DNA from: an uncultured Phycisphaerales bacterium
GTDB lineage: Bacteria > Planctomycetota > Phycisphaerae > Tepidisphaerales > Tepidisphaeraceae
DNA: 64,000 bases
Assembly: GCA_963758525.1 (NCBI GenBank)
Contig: CAVWVQ010000003.1
Location: 352,001 to 416,000, forward strand
Reading direction: 5' to 3'
Below, piece after piece: positions 9,524 to 20,469 of this stretch. Position numbers and translations under genes: made by a program. How positions within the stretch are numbered: the first letter of the stretch is position 1; each line of letters begins with the position of its first letter. The notes beneath the pieces were generated by a model. That model searched no databases and was not told where the DNA came from. It saw nothing but the letters and a program-made list of their open reading frames with translations.

Positions 9524-10669
9524 CTACGGGCGCTTCTGTGCGAACGGATACCAGAATTGCCGGAGGTAGCTGGTGGGGACGGGGTGGCCTGCTATTCCGT
9601 ACTCGGCCGGCCATGCGCCTTTGGGGAGGTGATAGGTGCCGAAAAGGCGATCGAGCAAGGGGAAGTGGATCGCGAAGTTGACGTCGATGGCTTCCTTCTC
9701 GACGCCGTGGTGCCAGTGATGAAACCGCGGCGTGACAATGAATCGGCCGATGCGATCGAAGTTCCACCCCAGGTTCGCGTGGACGTACGTTGAATGAATG
9801 TAGACGAGAAGAATATAGGCGTGCAGAGCCATCGGGACGAAGCCGAGGATGTACATCGGGATCACGGTTGTGCCGCGCAGGATAATGATTTCCAGGAAAT
9901 GCATGCGCGCCCCGGCCATCCAGTCCATGGATCTGGCGGAGTGATGCACCGCATGAAATCCCCAGAGAAAGGGGACGCGGTGAAAGGCGCGGTGGACCCA
10001 GTATTGCACCACGTCGGTCAGAAACATGATTTCAATCAACTGGAGCACCACCGGTTGCGAGCCGATTGCGCTTCGCAGCGCGGTCCAGCGCGTATGTGCA
10101 AGAATTGCGATCGCCGGCGCCATCGAGATGAAGGTGAGGGCCTGCACCATCAGGCTGCTGACGAGGTAATAGAACAGATCCTCCCGCCACTCGAGGCGGA
10201 AAAGGGGCTGGCCGCGATAGCGCGGGAAGAGGCGTTCGAGGGGGATAAACAGGAAGCCGCTGAAAATGACGTTCAGGACAAACCAGTCGAGGCCGAGAAA
10301 GTATCCGCTGGTGAGTTCGCCGCCGGACCGCACGCGCGATCCGCCCAGAACCGTGGCGAGAAGCACGATCGAGATCGCCGCGAGTCCCAGCGCCTTGTTG
10401 ACGCGCAGGACCAGGCTCACGATTGACGCCGCAAACGCGGCAACGAGCAGCAGGTGCAGCCCCAGGCGGAACGCCGGCTGGGCGTATAGCGTGCGGGCGG
10501 GCGGCATGCTCAGCAAGGCGGGGTAGCGCAGGCAGAGGACAAAAAACAAGCCCGCGATCGCGCCGACGAGCCCGGCAACGCCGCTCAGCCAACCGGTTCC
10601 CGGCCGGCGCAGCTCAGCCGGGGATTCCAGATCATCGCGAATTTTCTTGCGGACGTTGCTGATCAACAT
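9524..10669 (-). CDS. Sterol desaturase / fatty acid hydroxylase family membrane protein
   Basis: His boxes YWVHRAFH, FHAVHHS, VHAN and FHHWHH; multiple TM helices. Confidence 0.9.
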   Translation of the reverse strand: MLISNVRKKIRDDLESPAELRRPGTGWLSGVAGLVGAIAGLFFVLCLRYPALLSMPPARTLYAQPAFRLGLHLLLVAAFAASIVSLVLRVNKALGLAAISIVLLATVLGGSRVRSGGELTSGYFLGLDWFVLNVIFSGFLFIPLERLFPRYRGQPLFRLEWREDLFYYLVSSLMVQALTFISMAPAIAILAHTRWTALRSAIGSQPVVLQLIEIMFLTDVVQYWVHRAFHRVPFLWGFHAVHHSARSMDWMAGARMHFLEIIILRGTTVIPMYILGFVPMALHAYILLVYIHSTYVHANLGWNFDRIGRFIVTPRFHHWHHGVEKEAIDVNFAIHFPLLDRLFGTYHLPKGAWPAEYGIAGHPVPTSYLRQFWYPFAQKRP

Positions 10670-11012
10670 GATGGGGGCTTTGGGTTGTTGACGCTTCGCT
10701 ATTCTGCTCGCCGGTTTTCTCTCGGCAGCGTGCGGGCGAGGGCGTCACGCTCAAGCGTGGCGATCGTGGGAGTACACGCGCGTACACCCACCTTACAAGA
10801 TTCCCCCTTCCGCGGCTATTTCGGGCAGTATCAGGGGAGGAGGAAATGTGGCCTTCTCTCAAAACTGGTCACACCTCCATGCTGTGGGCGCAAGGTCGCA
10901 AATAGGCCGTACCCGAAGGGTCTGAAAATCGTGGTCCAAATGAATAATTCTGACCGGCCGATGTAGTATGAGTAGGACAGTTCGACTGCTGACAGCAAAA
11001 AGTGAGTGCTGA

Positions 11013-11813
11013 ATGAATGGTGATACGCGATCGAAATGCCGGCGGCGCGGCTTTACGCTGGTGGAGTTATTGGTCACGGTGGGGATCATCGTGCTGCTGA
11101 TCGCCATTCTGGTTCCCGTGCTGGGAAGGGCGCGGGCACATGTGAACGAGGTTCGGTGCCTGTCGCATCAGCGGCAACTGATGCAGGCGATGCTCTCGTA
11201 TGCGGGTGACAATGAGGGGTATCTGCCGGCGCCGAATTGGGACGGGGGCGCAATGAACGCGGCGCTGCCGCCGGGGTGGCTTTACACGCCCCGGCTCTTG
11301 ACCGCTAGCAATACGTTTCAGCAGACCGACGCAAAGAACGGCACGCTCTATCAGTATCTCAACAGTCTGGACGTCTTTCGCTGTACGATCGACGACGGCA
11401 ACTGGAACTCGAACACAGTGCAGGTAGTCACCAGTTATATAATGAATGGTGCCGTCTGCGATTACAACTCCTCAAATCCTTTGCCCGAGAAGCTGCGCGC
11501 CTTCAAGCCGACCGCGATCCTGCTATGGGAAATTCCCGCCGATATCAGTAGCGACTCGGGAGTTGTTAACGATGGCGCCGACCAGCCTCGCGAAGAGATA
11601 ACGACCCGGCATTTTCATGGATCGACGATCGGCTTTGCCGACGGCCATTCCGAGCTGATGACTTGGACGGAGTTCACGAACGAATGGTTCAATGCCGGGA
11701 ACGCGCCCGGCAGGCTCTGGTGTGCGCCGCACTCGTCAAAGAACGATGGTGGGGCCAGCCTCTATTCCCCGTTCCCGTCCAGCCCGCCGTCTGAGCCCGC
11801 AAATAGTGGTTGA
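11013..11813 (+). CDS. Prepilin-type protein with H-X9-DG processing motif (DUF1559-like)
   Basis: RRG^FTLVELLVTVGIIVLLIAILVP; C-terminal RHFHGSTIGFADGH. Confidence 0.9.
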   Translation: MNGDTRSKCRRRGFTLVELLVTVGIIVLLIAILVPVLGRARAHVNEVRCLSHQRQLMQAMLSYAGDNEGYLPAPNWDGGAMNAALPPGWLYTPRLLTASNTFQQTDAKNGTLYQYLNSLDVFRCTIDDGNWNSNTVQVVTSYIMNGAVCDYNSSNPLPEKLRAFKPTAILLWEIPADISSDSGVVNDGADQPREEITTRHFHGSTIGFADGHSELMTWTEFTNEWFNAGNAPGRLWCAPHSSKNDGGASLYSPFPSSPPSEPANSG

Positions 11814-11987
11814 CCGAAGAACATGGTGAGCGTCGAGCCGATGGCAAATCCTCCGGTCCAGGCGGAGCGGAAAGTAGTCCGCGAATTCTTTTTCTTTGGG
11901 AAGTGAGTCGCTCCCGCGAAGGGCAAGCCACGGCGAGCGCGGCTCGGCGTCAGAGCGCAAAACCACTGACACATGCCTACTCAGATT

Positions 11988-12151
11988 GATCGCACACGAA
12001 TAACTGGATCAATTTCCGAACATGAGTGACGCAATCATGTAGCACGGCCGTCTCGGCTGTGGCCGCAAATCACAGCCGAGACGGCTGTGCTACAGGGGAA
12101 TCGCCCTGTGACTGGCTTCGAAATCATTGAGCAGCTTATTCGGGCGCGGCC
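11988..12151. mobile_element. About 165-bp MITE-like element with CACGAATAAC-type terminal inverted repeats and a central GTAGCAC REP hairpin, copy A
   Basis: Colinear with 21748-21912; core GTAGCACGGCCGTCTCGGCTGTG..CACAGCCGAGACGGCTGTGCTAC. Confidence 0.65.
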
Positions 12152-12255
12152 TCATAAGGTCCGGGTTCGGGTTTCGACATTCGGACTTCATTCCGGTTTC
12201 GGGCTTCGTCATTCGGGCTTGATTCTGGTTTCGGGTTTCGACATTCGATTTTTCC

Positions 12256-13359
12256 TCAATGTCCTTTCCCGAAGAACGTCTTGATCGAATCGTAAATGTC
12301 GTCCTTTGAATTGACCCGGCTGGTGAGCACCTTCTCCTGATTGCGCAGGTGCTCGTGCAGAACGTTGATGAAATTTCCAGACCCGTAGGCGCTGGCAACC
12401 TGGCAGTAGCCGAACATGTTGCACGTCGGCAGAAGCTGCTCCTTGAGCAGTTTCACGCACTCGCGGCTGTCGGCTTCGGAGCTGTTGTCGCCGTCGGAAA
12501 AGTGGAAGAGGTAAATGTTCCACTCGTCGGGCGAATAGTGGGTGTCCAGGAGCTGCTTGGCGGCGCGGAACGCGCTGCTGATTTTGGTGCCGCCGTCTTC
12601 GCGCAGATGATAGAACGTGTGCTTGTCGACTTCCTTGGCGCTGACGTCGTGGACGATGTAACGGCTCTCGATTCCCTCGTAATTCTTGCGCAGCCAGGTG
12701 TCGATCCAGAATGATTCGAGGCGGACGAGCTCCTTCTGCTCCTCGCCCATGGAGCCCGAGACGTCCATCATGAAGACGATGACGGCGTTGCTCTGCGGAC
12801 TCTTGACCTCCTTCCACGACCGATAGCGAATGTCCTTTTTCTGCGGGATGATGACGGGCGCATCGGGGTTGTAGTCGCCCAGCATGATCTGGCGTTTGAG
12901 GGCTTCCTTGAACGACCGCTTGAAATGCCGGAGCGATTCGGGGCCGACCCGGCGGATGCCGCTGTACTTGTCGCGGACGGTCGTGATCCGATGCTTCCCC
13001 TTGGGCTCGATGCGCGGGAGCTTGAGCTCTTCGGCCAGGATGTCGGCCAGCTCGTCGAGGGTGAGATCGACCTCCATGATGTGCCGGCCCGGCTCGGTGC
13101 TGCCGAGCACCTTTCCCTTCCCTGCCGGGCTGTTGCTGACAACGTCTCCCTCTTTCCCTTCGCCGGCGCCGACGCCGCCCGAATTGTCGCCGTAACGGAA
13201 ATGCGGCAGCTCAATGCCCCGAATGGGGATGGAAATGAGGTGCTTGCCTTCTTTGCCGATCAGCTCGCCCTTGGTGAGAAATTTGCGCAAGTCGTCGCGG
13301 ATGCGCCCTTTGACGATCTGGCGAAAGCGCTGGTGATCTTTTTCGATCTTCAGGATCAT
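12256..13359 (-). CDS. yeaH: YeaH/YhbH family (DUF444) vWA-like protein
   Basis: IELPHFRYG, AVIVFMMDVSGSM, FYHLREDGGTKISSA and WNIYLFHFSDGDN; lies downstream of prkA. Confidence 0.92.
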   Translation of the reverse strand: MILKIEKDHQRFRQIVKGRIRDDLRKFLTKGELIGKEGKHLISIPIRGIELPHFRYGDNSGGVGAGEGKEGDVVSNSPAGKGKVLGSTEPGRHIMEVDLTLDELADILAEELKLPRIEPKGKHRITTVRDKYSGIRRVGPESLRHFKRSFKEALKRQIMLGDYNPDAPVIIPQKKDIRYRSWKEVKSPQSNAVIVFMMDVSGSMGEEQKELVRLESFWIDTWLRKNYEGIESRYIVHDVSAKEVDKHTFYHLREDGGTKISSAFRAAKQLLDTHYSPDEWNIYLFHFSDGDNSSEADSRECVKLLKEQLLPTCNMFGYCQVASAYGSGNFINVLHEHLRNQEKVLTSRVNSKDDIYDSIKTFFGKGH

Positions 13360-13406
13360 AGTGCCCGTTCAATCATAGCAACGGTCAGCACGGGGTGTCG
13401 CGCATT

Positions 13407-13526
13407 TCCCCCCTCTCCTGGTACTCCGGGAGAGGGTCGGGGTGAGGGTGATTTCGAATACCAGCGGTGCACGACGCTCGAAATCACCCTCACCCCTGCC
13501 CTCTCCGGCAGTACCGGGAGAGGGAG
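13407..13526. repeat. CCCTCTCCC-type palindromic repeat
   Basis: Same family as 3399-3516. Confidence 0.8.
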
Positions 13527-13653
13527 AATGTCGTCCGAGACTATCAGTCCAACTTCTATTCTCTTCCGGACGCGCTCCTCTTCGACAAGCTCACGGCAGG
13601 CCGCTTCGCGTCGCGGCTAACCTTGAAGACCGGCATTGTCGAGCTGCGCGGCA

Positions 13654-13938
13654 CTACGCGGTTCTGCGTGAGATCAGCCAGAAACCTACGATCAGCAGCG
13701 CCACGGAACCGGCGATGCCGACGATCGTGCTGAGCTGGGCGTAGTTGGCGGCGTCGATCAGGTTGTCGGGCGAGCCGCGCAGAACAAACAGCCAGTAGCG
13801 CGGGTCGATCCGCGACTCGGCGGCGCGATGCATCGCCGGGCCGTACTTGGGATCGGTGAGCCAGAAGAACACCGCCCCGGCCAATCCCATCAAGACCAAT
13901 CCGGTTCCGGATCGGCGATTTGCCCTGTCCATGCTCAC
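13654..13938 (-). CDS. Small two-TM hypothetical membrane protein
   Basis: Starts immediately after the prkA stop; hydrophobic segments at both ends. Confidence 0.6.
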   Translation of the reverse strand: MSMDRANRRSGTGLVLMGLAGAVFFWLTDPKYGPAMHRAAESRIDPRYWLFVLRGSPDNLIDAANYAQLSTIVGIAGSVALLIVGFWLISRRTA

Positions 13939-16008
13939 TTATTCATCCTGTTTACTGTCTCCTCTGGCGAAGATGCTGGCAACGTAATTCAGCACGTCGG
14001 TGGCGCTGGTTTCGTTATAGCCGAAATACTTGATCAGGCGCTGCTTGACCACGTCAATCTTCTGCTGCGTCTCGTCGTCGACGACGCTGGAGACGAGGTT
14101 CTTCAGCTTAATGGTGTCGCGCTGATCCTCGAAGAGCTTGAGTTCCAGCGCCTTGAGCAGCCGGGCGTTGGTGTTGTACTCAAACTTCTTGCCATCGAGC
14201 GCCAACGCGCCGATGTAGTTCATGATTTCCTGGCGGAAATCCTCCTTGCGGGAATCGGGGATGTCGATTTTCTCCTCGATCGAACGCATGAGCCGTTCAT
14301 CCGGCTCCTCGTCGCGGCCGGTGTAGCGGTTGCGGACGCGCTCGTGCTGCGTGTAGGCCCGGACATTTTCGATGTAATTCGCGGCCAGGCGCTTGATCGC
14401 GTCCTCGTCGGCGCTGATCGCCCGCTGCACCTCGGCCTTGAGGATGTCTTCGTATTCGTTGCGCACCTCGGCCAGATGTTCCTTGTATTCCTTCTTCAGC
14501 TCTTCATCGGTGATCAGCGAATGATGGCTCAGCCCCCCTTCCAGCTCGTTCATCACCATGAACGGATTGATCGCCTTCTCCAGCTGCGCCTGATGGCTGA
14601 CCAGGGCGTTACTGATCTTGTCCTGGATGTAGCGGGGGGAAATGCCCTGCATCCCTTCGCGCGGGGCTTCTTCCTTCAGCTCCTTGATGCTGTCTTCAGT
14701 GAAGCCGGGGACGCTCTTGCCGTCGTAGAGCTTGAGCTTCTGGAGCTTGGTGATGCCGGCTTTCTTCGGATCGGCCAGCCGCGTCAGCACGGCCCACATC
14801 GCGGCCACTTCGATCGTGTGCGGCGCGATGTGAATCCCCTTGATCTTTCCCGGGCCGAAATCCTTGAGGTATATGCGGATCTCGTCGCTCAGGCGGATGT
14901 TGTAGGGGACGTCGATCTTGATGGTGCGGTCGCGGAACGCCTCCATCATTTCGTTGCCCTGCAGCTTCTTGTATTCCGGCTCGTTGGTGTGGCCCAGAAT
15001 CACTTCGTCGATGTAGGTCTGGGCGAACTTCTTGGGCTTGATCAGATGTTCCTGGCTGGCGCCCAGCAGATCGTAGAGGAACGCGACATCGAGCTTGAGC
15101 ACTTCGATGAACTCGACGATGCCCCGGTTGGCGATGTTCAACTCGCCGTCAAAGTTGAAGGCGCGCGGATCGGAGTCGGACCCGTACTCGGCGATTTTTC
15201 GGTAATTGATGTCGCCGGTCAGTTCGGTGGAATCCTGGTTCTTCTCGTCCTTCGGCTGGAAGGTGCCGATGCCCCGGCGATCCTTTTCGGAGAGAATCAA
15301 TCGCTTGACCTTGACGTGCTCCATGCTCTTGCGCCAGTCGCCGTCATACATCTCCAGCAGATCGGCCTGGATTTTCCGGCAGAAGGGGCAGACGTCGCCG
15401 TACAGGCGGATCTTGCGGCCGTCGGGGACTTTCTCGTTGATCGAGTCGATCACTTCCTGCCGGGCCTCGCGCGGGATCAGCAGCAGCGGCTCCTCGTGCA
15501 TCGGGCATTCGTAATACTGCTCGCCTTCGTCGCTTGCGGCCTTGTGCGGGAGGCGCCAGGAGTAGGTGTAGCACTTGCCGGCATCGGATCGCGAATAGGC
15601 TTCCAGGCCTTTTTTCAGCAGGCGGGCCATCGTCGATTTTGACGAACCGACGGGGCCGTGCAGAAGCAGAATTCGCTTTTCGGTCCCGTATCCCTGCGCG
15701 GCCGACCGGAAGAAATCGACCAGCGTCATCAGCGGGCGCTCGAGCCCGTAAATGGCATCTGCGCCGCCGTCGATCGGATCGGCAAAGAAATGATAGCGCA
15801 CCGCCTCCTGCTTGAACTGCGTGTACTGCTCGGAGCCGTAGGTGAGGATCATGTCGTAGACGCGCTGAAAAGCATTGCGCGCCACGGCGGGGTTCTCGAC
15901 GACGATATCGAGATACTCCCAGAATGTCCCTTCCCAGTGCTGTTCGTGAAAATGGGTCACGTCGAGCCGCTTGTCGATGATGCCGATCAGTGGGTTGGAT
16001 TTTGCCAT
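13939..16008 (-). CDS. prkA: PrkA/YeaG family AAA+ serine protein kinase
   Basis: [13 protein letters not shown] (Walker A), [28 protein letters not shown] and [10 protein letters not shown]. Confidence 0.95.
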   Translation of the reverse strand: MAKSNPLIGIIDKRLDVTHFHEQHWEGTFWEYLDIVVENPAVARNAFQRVYDMILTYGSEQYTQFKQEAVRYHFFADPIDGGADAIYGLERPLMTLVDFFRSAAQGYGTEKRILLLHGPVGSSKSTMARLLKKGLEAYSRSDAGKCYTYSWRLPHKAASDEGEQYYECPMHEEPLLLIPREARQEVIDSINEKVPDGRKIRLYGDVCPFCRKIQADLLEMYDGDWRKSMEHVKVKRLILSEKDRRGIGTFQPKDEKNQDSTELTGDINYRKIAEYGSDSDPRAFNFDGELNIANRGIVEFIEVLKLDVAFLYDLLGASQEHLIKPKKFAQTYIDEVILGHTNEPEYKKLQGNEMMEAFRDRTIKIDVPYNIRLSDEIRIYLKDFGPGKIKGIHIAPHTIEVAAMWAVLTRLADPKKAGITKLQKLKLYDGKSVPGFTEDSIKELKEEAPREGMQGISPRYIQDKISNALVSHQAQLEKAINPFMVMNELEGGLSHHSLITDEELKKEYKEHLAEVRNEYEDILKAEVQRAISADEDAIKRLAANYIENVRAYTQHERVRNRYTGRDEEPDERLMRSIEEKIDIPDSRKEDFRQEIMNYIGALALDGKKFEYNTNARLLKALELKLFEDQRDTIKLKNLVSSVVDDETQQKIDVVKQRLIKYFGYNETSATDVLNYVASIFARGDSKQDE

Positions 16009-16540
16009 TGCGAATCTCCGAAGTTAGTGCGTCCGGCGGAGGTGTCGCAGGCCAGTCTGAATGCGACTCCATCCGTCAGACACATCCTCAAGCCCGGCGG
16101 TAGTTTCAGACAACGGGTTTGCGGAACCGTCGAGCAAGCGGCAGGCACTTCATGCGAAAGAGCGGATTGTCCGGGGGAGACAGCTTTGTTTCAAAGCCCC
16201 AGGCCGCTTGTTCTCACCGAGTGCAGGCCCGATCCCCGACAGCGAATCTTAACGCGGTGCGTGGGCGTAGTCCATGGGAGGGGGCGATGGGGCGATGGTG
16301 ATTGGTGATTGGAACGTGACAGGGATTGGAGGAAGAAAGATCGCGGCTGCGATTTCCCGGCAGCGTATTGGGAAACTGGATTTCGCCGATCAAGCCGGTA
16401 GTGGCTTGCCCTTCGCGGTAGCGCTCAAGGGCGTGAACCCCGCGACGCCTCGGACATCCCCACCGATGCAAAACAAAGAAGGACGGATCTAATTCCGCTG
16501 ATTCACTGCGAAGATGAGATGCGGCGGGATAAATCCCGTC

Positions 16541-17794
16541 CTACGCTTTGAGCAACGGCAGCGGCGTGAAGTCGCCGCCCAAAATTTGCTTCGATGGCGT
16601 CTGCAGCCAGTTGTCGAGAATCGTGGAGTAGATGCTGCGGAAGTCGGTGGTGAACTTCAGGTCGCCGTGATCCAGATCGGTCAGCGAAGGGTGTTCGCCG
16701 GCAACTCCGCCTTTGAGGCCGCCGCCGAAGAGGAACATCGGGGCGGCGGCGCCGTGATCGGTGCCGCCGCTGGCGTTTTGCTGAACGCGCCGGCCGAACT
16801 CGCTGAAGGTCATCATCAGCACGCGATCCGCGTTGCCCTGTATTGCCATGTCGGCCCAGAACGCGTCCATCCCCTGGCCGAACTGCTTCATAAGCTGGTC
16901 ATGGCGGGCGCGCTCGTTGGCGTGCGTGTCGAAGCCGCCCATGGAAACGTAATAGACGCGGGTGGACAATCCTCCGCCGATCATCGCTGCGACGGTTTGC
17001 AAGCCGAGGCCGAATTCTCCCTGCGGATACGCTGCCGCGGGGCGATGCCCCGCGGTGACGCGGAGAATCGCATCACTGGAAACCTGCGCGTCCATCGCGG
17101 TGCGATGGAGAAAATCGAGCTGCGACTGCGGCCCGGTTGACGCTCCAGCGGCATCGGGCGCGCGGTTGAGCTTGAGATAGCGATCGACATCAGTGCCGCG
17201 GTAGCGGTACGACTCCGGCCGCTCAAAAGCCAGCGGCATGATCTTCTCGCCCTGCATGGCCAGCGGAACCGCCGCTCCGACGCTGATGCCAGGGTGCGGA
17301 TCGGCGCCCGAGCAGGTGTTGTCGAAATATCGGCCGACCCATCCGCTGGTGCCGACCTGTCGGTCCGGCTGCGCGGATTCCCAGATATCGGTCGAGCGGA
17401 AGTGGGAGCGATTGGGGTTGGGGTAGCCGACGCCCTGCACCACCGCCGCCGCGTTCTTCTCGAACAGCTTGGTCAGGGGAAGCAGGTTGGGATGCAGCCC
17501 GACGTAATCGTTGAGCTTGTGGACGATCGTCGGATCGACGCCCAGCGTCGGACGAGCGCGATGGTACGCATCGTCGGCATAGGGAATGAGGGTGTTCAGA
17601 CCGTCATTGCCACCGGCAAGCTGGACGACGACGAAGATCTTTCCGTCCTTCCCGGACGGCTGTTGCGTGAGCGCGCCATCCGCCTGGCGTTCGAGCGCGA
17701 GGCAAGTGTTATCGAGAAACGCCGGCAACGTCGGCGCGGCAGCCAGGAGCGCCAGTCCGCGACGCATGAAAACTCGACGAGTGGAGAGAAGCAT
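16541..17794 (-). CDS. DUF1501 domain protein with Tat-like signal
   Basis: TRRVF; VVVQLAGGNDGLN, PNRSHFRS, GGFDTH and FSEFGRR..NASGGTDHG. Confidence 0.9.
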   Translation of the reverse strand: MLLSTRRVFMRRGLALLAAAPTLPAFLDNTCLALERQADGALTQQPSGKDGKIFVVVQLAGGNDGLNTLIPYADDAYHRARPTLGVDPTIVHKLNDYVGLHPNLLPLTKLFEKNAAAVVQGVGYPNPNRSHFRSTDIWESAQPDRQVGTSGWVGRYFDNTCSGADPHPGISVGAAVPLAMQGEKIMPLAFERPESYRYRGTDVDRYLKLNRAPDAAGASTGPQSQLDFLHRTAMDAQVSSDAILRVTAGHRPAAAYPQGEFGLGLQTVAAMIGGGLSTRVYYVSMGGFDTHANERARHDQLMKQFGQGMDAFWADMAIQGNADRVLMMTFSEFGRRVQQNASGGTDHGAAAPMFLFGGGLKGGVAGEHPSLTDLDHGDLKFTTDFRSIYSTILDNWLQTPSKQILGGDFTPLPLLKA

Positions 17795-18022
17795 GGTTGT
17801 CCTTTAAATTCAGGCACGAAGGCACGGAGGCACCAAGGCACGAAGGGTGAGGAAGGGAGGAGTTGGGAGTGACGTTTCTGGTGATGCTGAGGGTCTGAAC
17901 ATGCGTGATCCTTTTGCAATGTTCTCGGTAATCTCGCACTATCGCGCTCTCCGGCGTCCGTTTAGCGGCCGCCCGGAGGGCGGCGTTTCATCCCGCACGT
18001 GTGCGTATTCGCACGCTTTCAT

Positions 18023-19471
18023 TCAACACAACTGATATTCCGGCATCGAAACGATGAGCTGAACGACATGCCGCGCGACTTCGGCGGTCGGGCCGTCGGT
18101 GCTGGCGGCATCGAGAAGCACCTGACGTTGAGACGAATCGATCGGACGAGCGATCAATCGCCCGAGCCAGGTATCCACCAGTTTCTCGGGACCGCCCTGA
18201 TCCATCGCCAGCGCGAGTTGCAGCGCCTGCCCATCGCCCGGCGCCCGGCCGCTGGCGAGAAAAACGGCGGTGTTGTAACGGGCGAAAAGCGTGCTGGCGT
18301 TGATCCACTGCCTTCCGCCGGGCCACCCCTTGACGTTGGGCGGAAACATCGGCGTCTGGCCCATGCTGTCGAGCGGACCCCGCAGCAACTGAAATGGCGG
18401 CACCTCAATGCCGAGCAGGCGGCATGTGCCGACCACCAACTGAACCGGACACTTGATCTGCGACCCGACGGCTTTGGCGCTGTAAAACGCCCTGCTGCTC
18501 AGGATCATCTGCAGCAGCGGACGAATTTGCAGTTTCCCCGAAGCAAAGACTTCGCCGAGGCTGTCGGCAAGGCCCGGTTCGAGATCATCGTAGACGAAGT
18601 AAGAGAAGAGTTCCGACGCGACAAAGCGGGGGCAGGCCGGCTGGGCGAGGATGATGCTGATGATGTCGTCCCCGTCGAAGTTGCCGGTTTTGCCGAGGAA
18701 GGTTTTGCTGCCGTCGTCGTGTTGATTGTGGTTGAAGATGAACTGATCGCCGTCGTGCGTCCAGCCGGTGAAGGCGCGGGCGGATTCCTTGACGTCATCT
18801 TCGGAGTAGTTGCCGATGCCGAGCGTGAACAGTTCCATCAGCTCGCGGGCGTAATTTTCGTTGGGATGGCCCTTGTGATTCTGCGTGTTGTTGAGGTAAT
18901 CGAGCATGGCCGGGTCGCGTGAGATGGCCCGGACAAATTGCCCGAAGTCCCCCGCCGCCATCTTTCGCAGCAGCTCCTGCTGCTCCCAGAGGAGCAATGA
19001 GCTGCGTTCGTCGCGGGCGCTGCTGGTGAAATGGCCGTGCCAGAAGAGTGCCAGCTTTTCCTGCAGGGGATGCGGCCCGTAAGCCATGCGGCGCAGCCAC
19101 CAGTTGAGGTCGATGATGCGTGTCTGCCCGTTGGCCTTCTGCACCATCTGCTGCAGCGCAATGCGCTGTTCGCGCGTCTTGCCGGCAAACATTTCCCGCA
19201 ACTGGCGAAAGTTGCTGGGAAGGCCCGCGATCGATGACATGTCCGGGACATCTTTGGGATCCTGCTCATCGGCGGTTTTGTCGGGAAAGTCGAGCAGCGC
19301 CGACGCCGACGCGGAGGGACCGAGCTTCACGATCTGGTTCACTTCCGACGGAGTTCCGCCAAAACCAGCCCGATTGAGAAGATGGGCGGCTTTGACATCG
19401 TCGAAGGGATCCTGAGCGGTTGGTTGATAGGGATCGAGGAGGGGATGCGGTGTGGACATGGCGGATTTCAA
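18023..19471 (-). CDS. DUF1800 domain protein
   Basis: HLLNRAGFG, LFWHGHF, AMLDYL, NENYARELMELFTLG, ARAFTGW and PPNVKGW; canonical DUF1800-DUF1501 pair. Confidence 0.92.
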   Translation of the reverse strand: MKSAMSTPHPLLDPYQPTAQDPFDDVKAAHLLNRAGFGGTPSEVNQIVKLGPSASASALLDFPDKTADEQDPKDVPDMSSIAGLPSNFRQLREMFAGKTREQRIALQQMVQKANGQTRIIDLNWWLRRMAYGPHPLQEKLALFWHGHFTSSARDERSSLLLWEQQELLRKMAAGDFGQFVRAISRDPAMLDYLNNTQNHKGHPNENYARELMELFTLGIGNYSEDDVKESARAFTGWTHDGDQFIFNHNQHDDGSKTFLGKTGNFDGDDIISIILAQPACPRFVASELFSYFVYDDLEPGLADSLGEVFASGKLQIRPLLQMILSSRAFYSAKAVGSQIKCPVQLVVGTCRLLGIEVPPFQLLRGPLDSMGQTPMFPPNVKGWPGGRQWINASTLFARYNTAVFLASGRAPGDGQALQLALAMDQGGPEKLVDTWLGRLIARPIDSSQRQVLLDAASTDGPTAEVARHVVQLIVSMPEYQLC

Positions 19472-19584
19472 ATTTCAGATTTCAAATGTTTCAACTTCCA
19501 AATTTGCACAGACGCATTCACAACGTATGTCGCCCCCGATTATTCCAAACTATACTCCCTGACAACGCCTGGGAGTAATTGCTG

Positions 19585-20459
19585 ATGGAGCCACGACTTT
19601 TGCGACTGGGGCATTCGCCCGATCCGGATGATGCGTTTATGTTCTACGGATTGGCCAAGGGACTGGTTCCCAGCGGGCCCTACCAGTTTGAGCACGTTCT
19701 GCAGGACATCCAAACGCTGAACCAGCGCGCCATGCGCGGCGAGCTGGAGATCACGGCGATCTCCATCCATGCTTATCCTTACGTCGCCGACAAGTATGCG
19801 TTGACGAGCTGCGGCAGCAGCATGGGCGACCAGTATGGTCCGATGATCGTCTGCCGGGCGGACGATGTCGCCCGATTTGGCGGCGGCAGGCTGCCTGATC
19901 TGCGCGGCAGAAAGATCGCGATCCCCGGGAAGCTGACGACCGCATTCCTCTCTCTTCAACTGGCGCTGGGCAAAGCGGGCCATGCGTTTGACTACGAGGT
20001 GGTCGCGTTTGACGAAATCCCCAGCCACGTTCGTGACGGGAAGAGCGACGCGGGTCTGCTGATTCATGAAGGCCAACTGACCTATCGGGCCAGCGGCCTG
20101 CACAAGCTGTTGGATCTTGGGGAATGGTGGTACGAGAAGACCAGCCTGCCGCTTCCGCTTGGGGGAAACTGCGTTCGCAAGGATCTGGGCGCACAGGTGA
20201 TGCAGGAGGTGACGGACATCATCAAGCAATCGATCGTCTTCAGCCTGCAGCATCGCGCCGAGGCGGTTCAATACGCGCTGCAGTTCGGCGCGATCTGGAC
20301 CAGCCGCTGGCCGACCGCTTTGTCGGGATGTACGTCAATGACTGGACCGTCGATTATGGCCCGCGCGGACGCGAAGCGATCTCACGACTGCTCAGAGCCG
20401 GAACTGACGCCGGGCTCGTGCCGGCGACGGCAGACGTGCAATACATCACCGCGCGGTAG
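19585..20459 (+). CDS. mqnD: 1,4-dihydroxy-6-naphthoate synthase (futalosine pathway); frameshift near 20289
   Basis: LGHSPDPDDAFMFY, DIQTLN, GLLIHEGQLTY and LPLPLGGN; the C-terminus ADRFVGMYVN is in another frame. Confidence 0.92.
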
Positions 20460-20469
20460 CCCAGGCGGG

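Noticed and set aside
6272..11813. Genomic island or prophage integrated at tRNA-Arg or tRNA-Gly
   Set aside because: No integrase, no phage genes and no duplicated tRNA 3' end seen in the window.
13828..15642. Long antisense ORFs (also 30899-32713, 39159-40340, 48715-49917, 50188-51354, 60652-61926)
   Set aside because: Shadow frames opposite well-supported genes, expected from high-GC codon bias.
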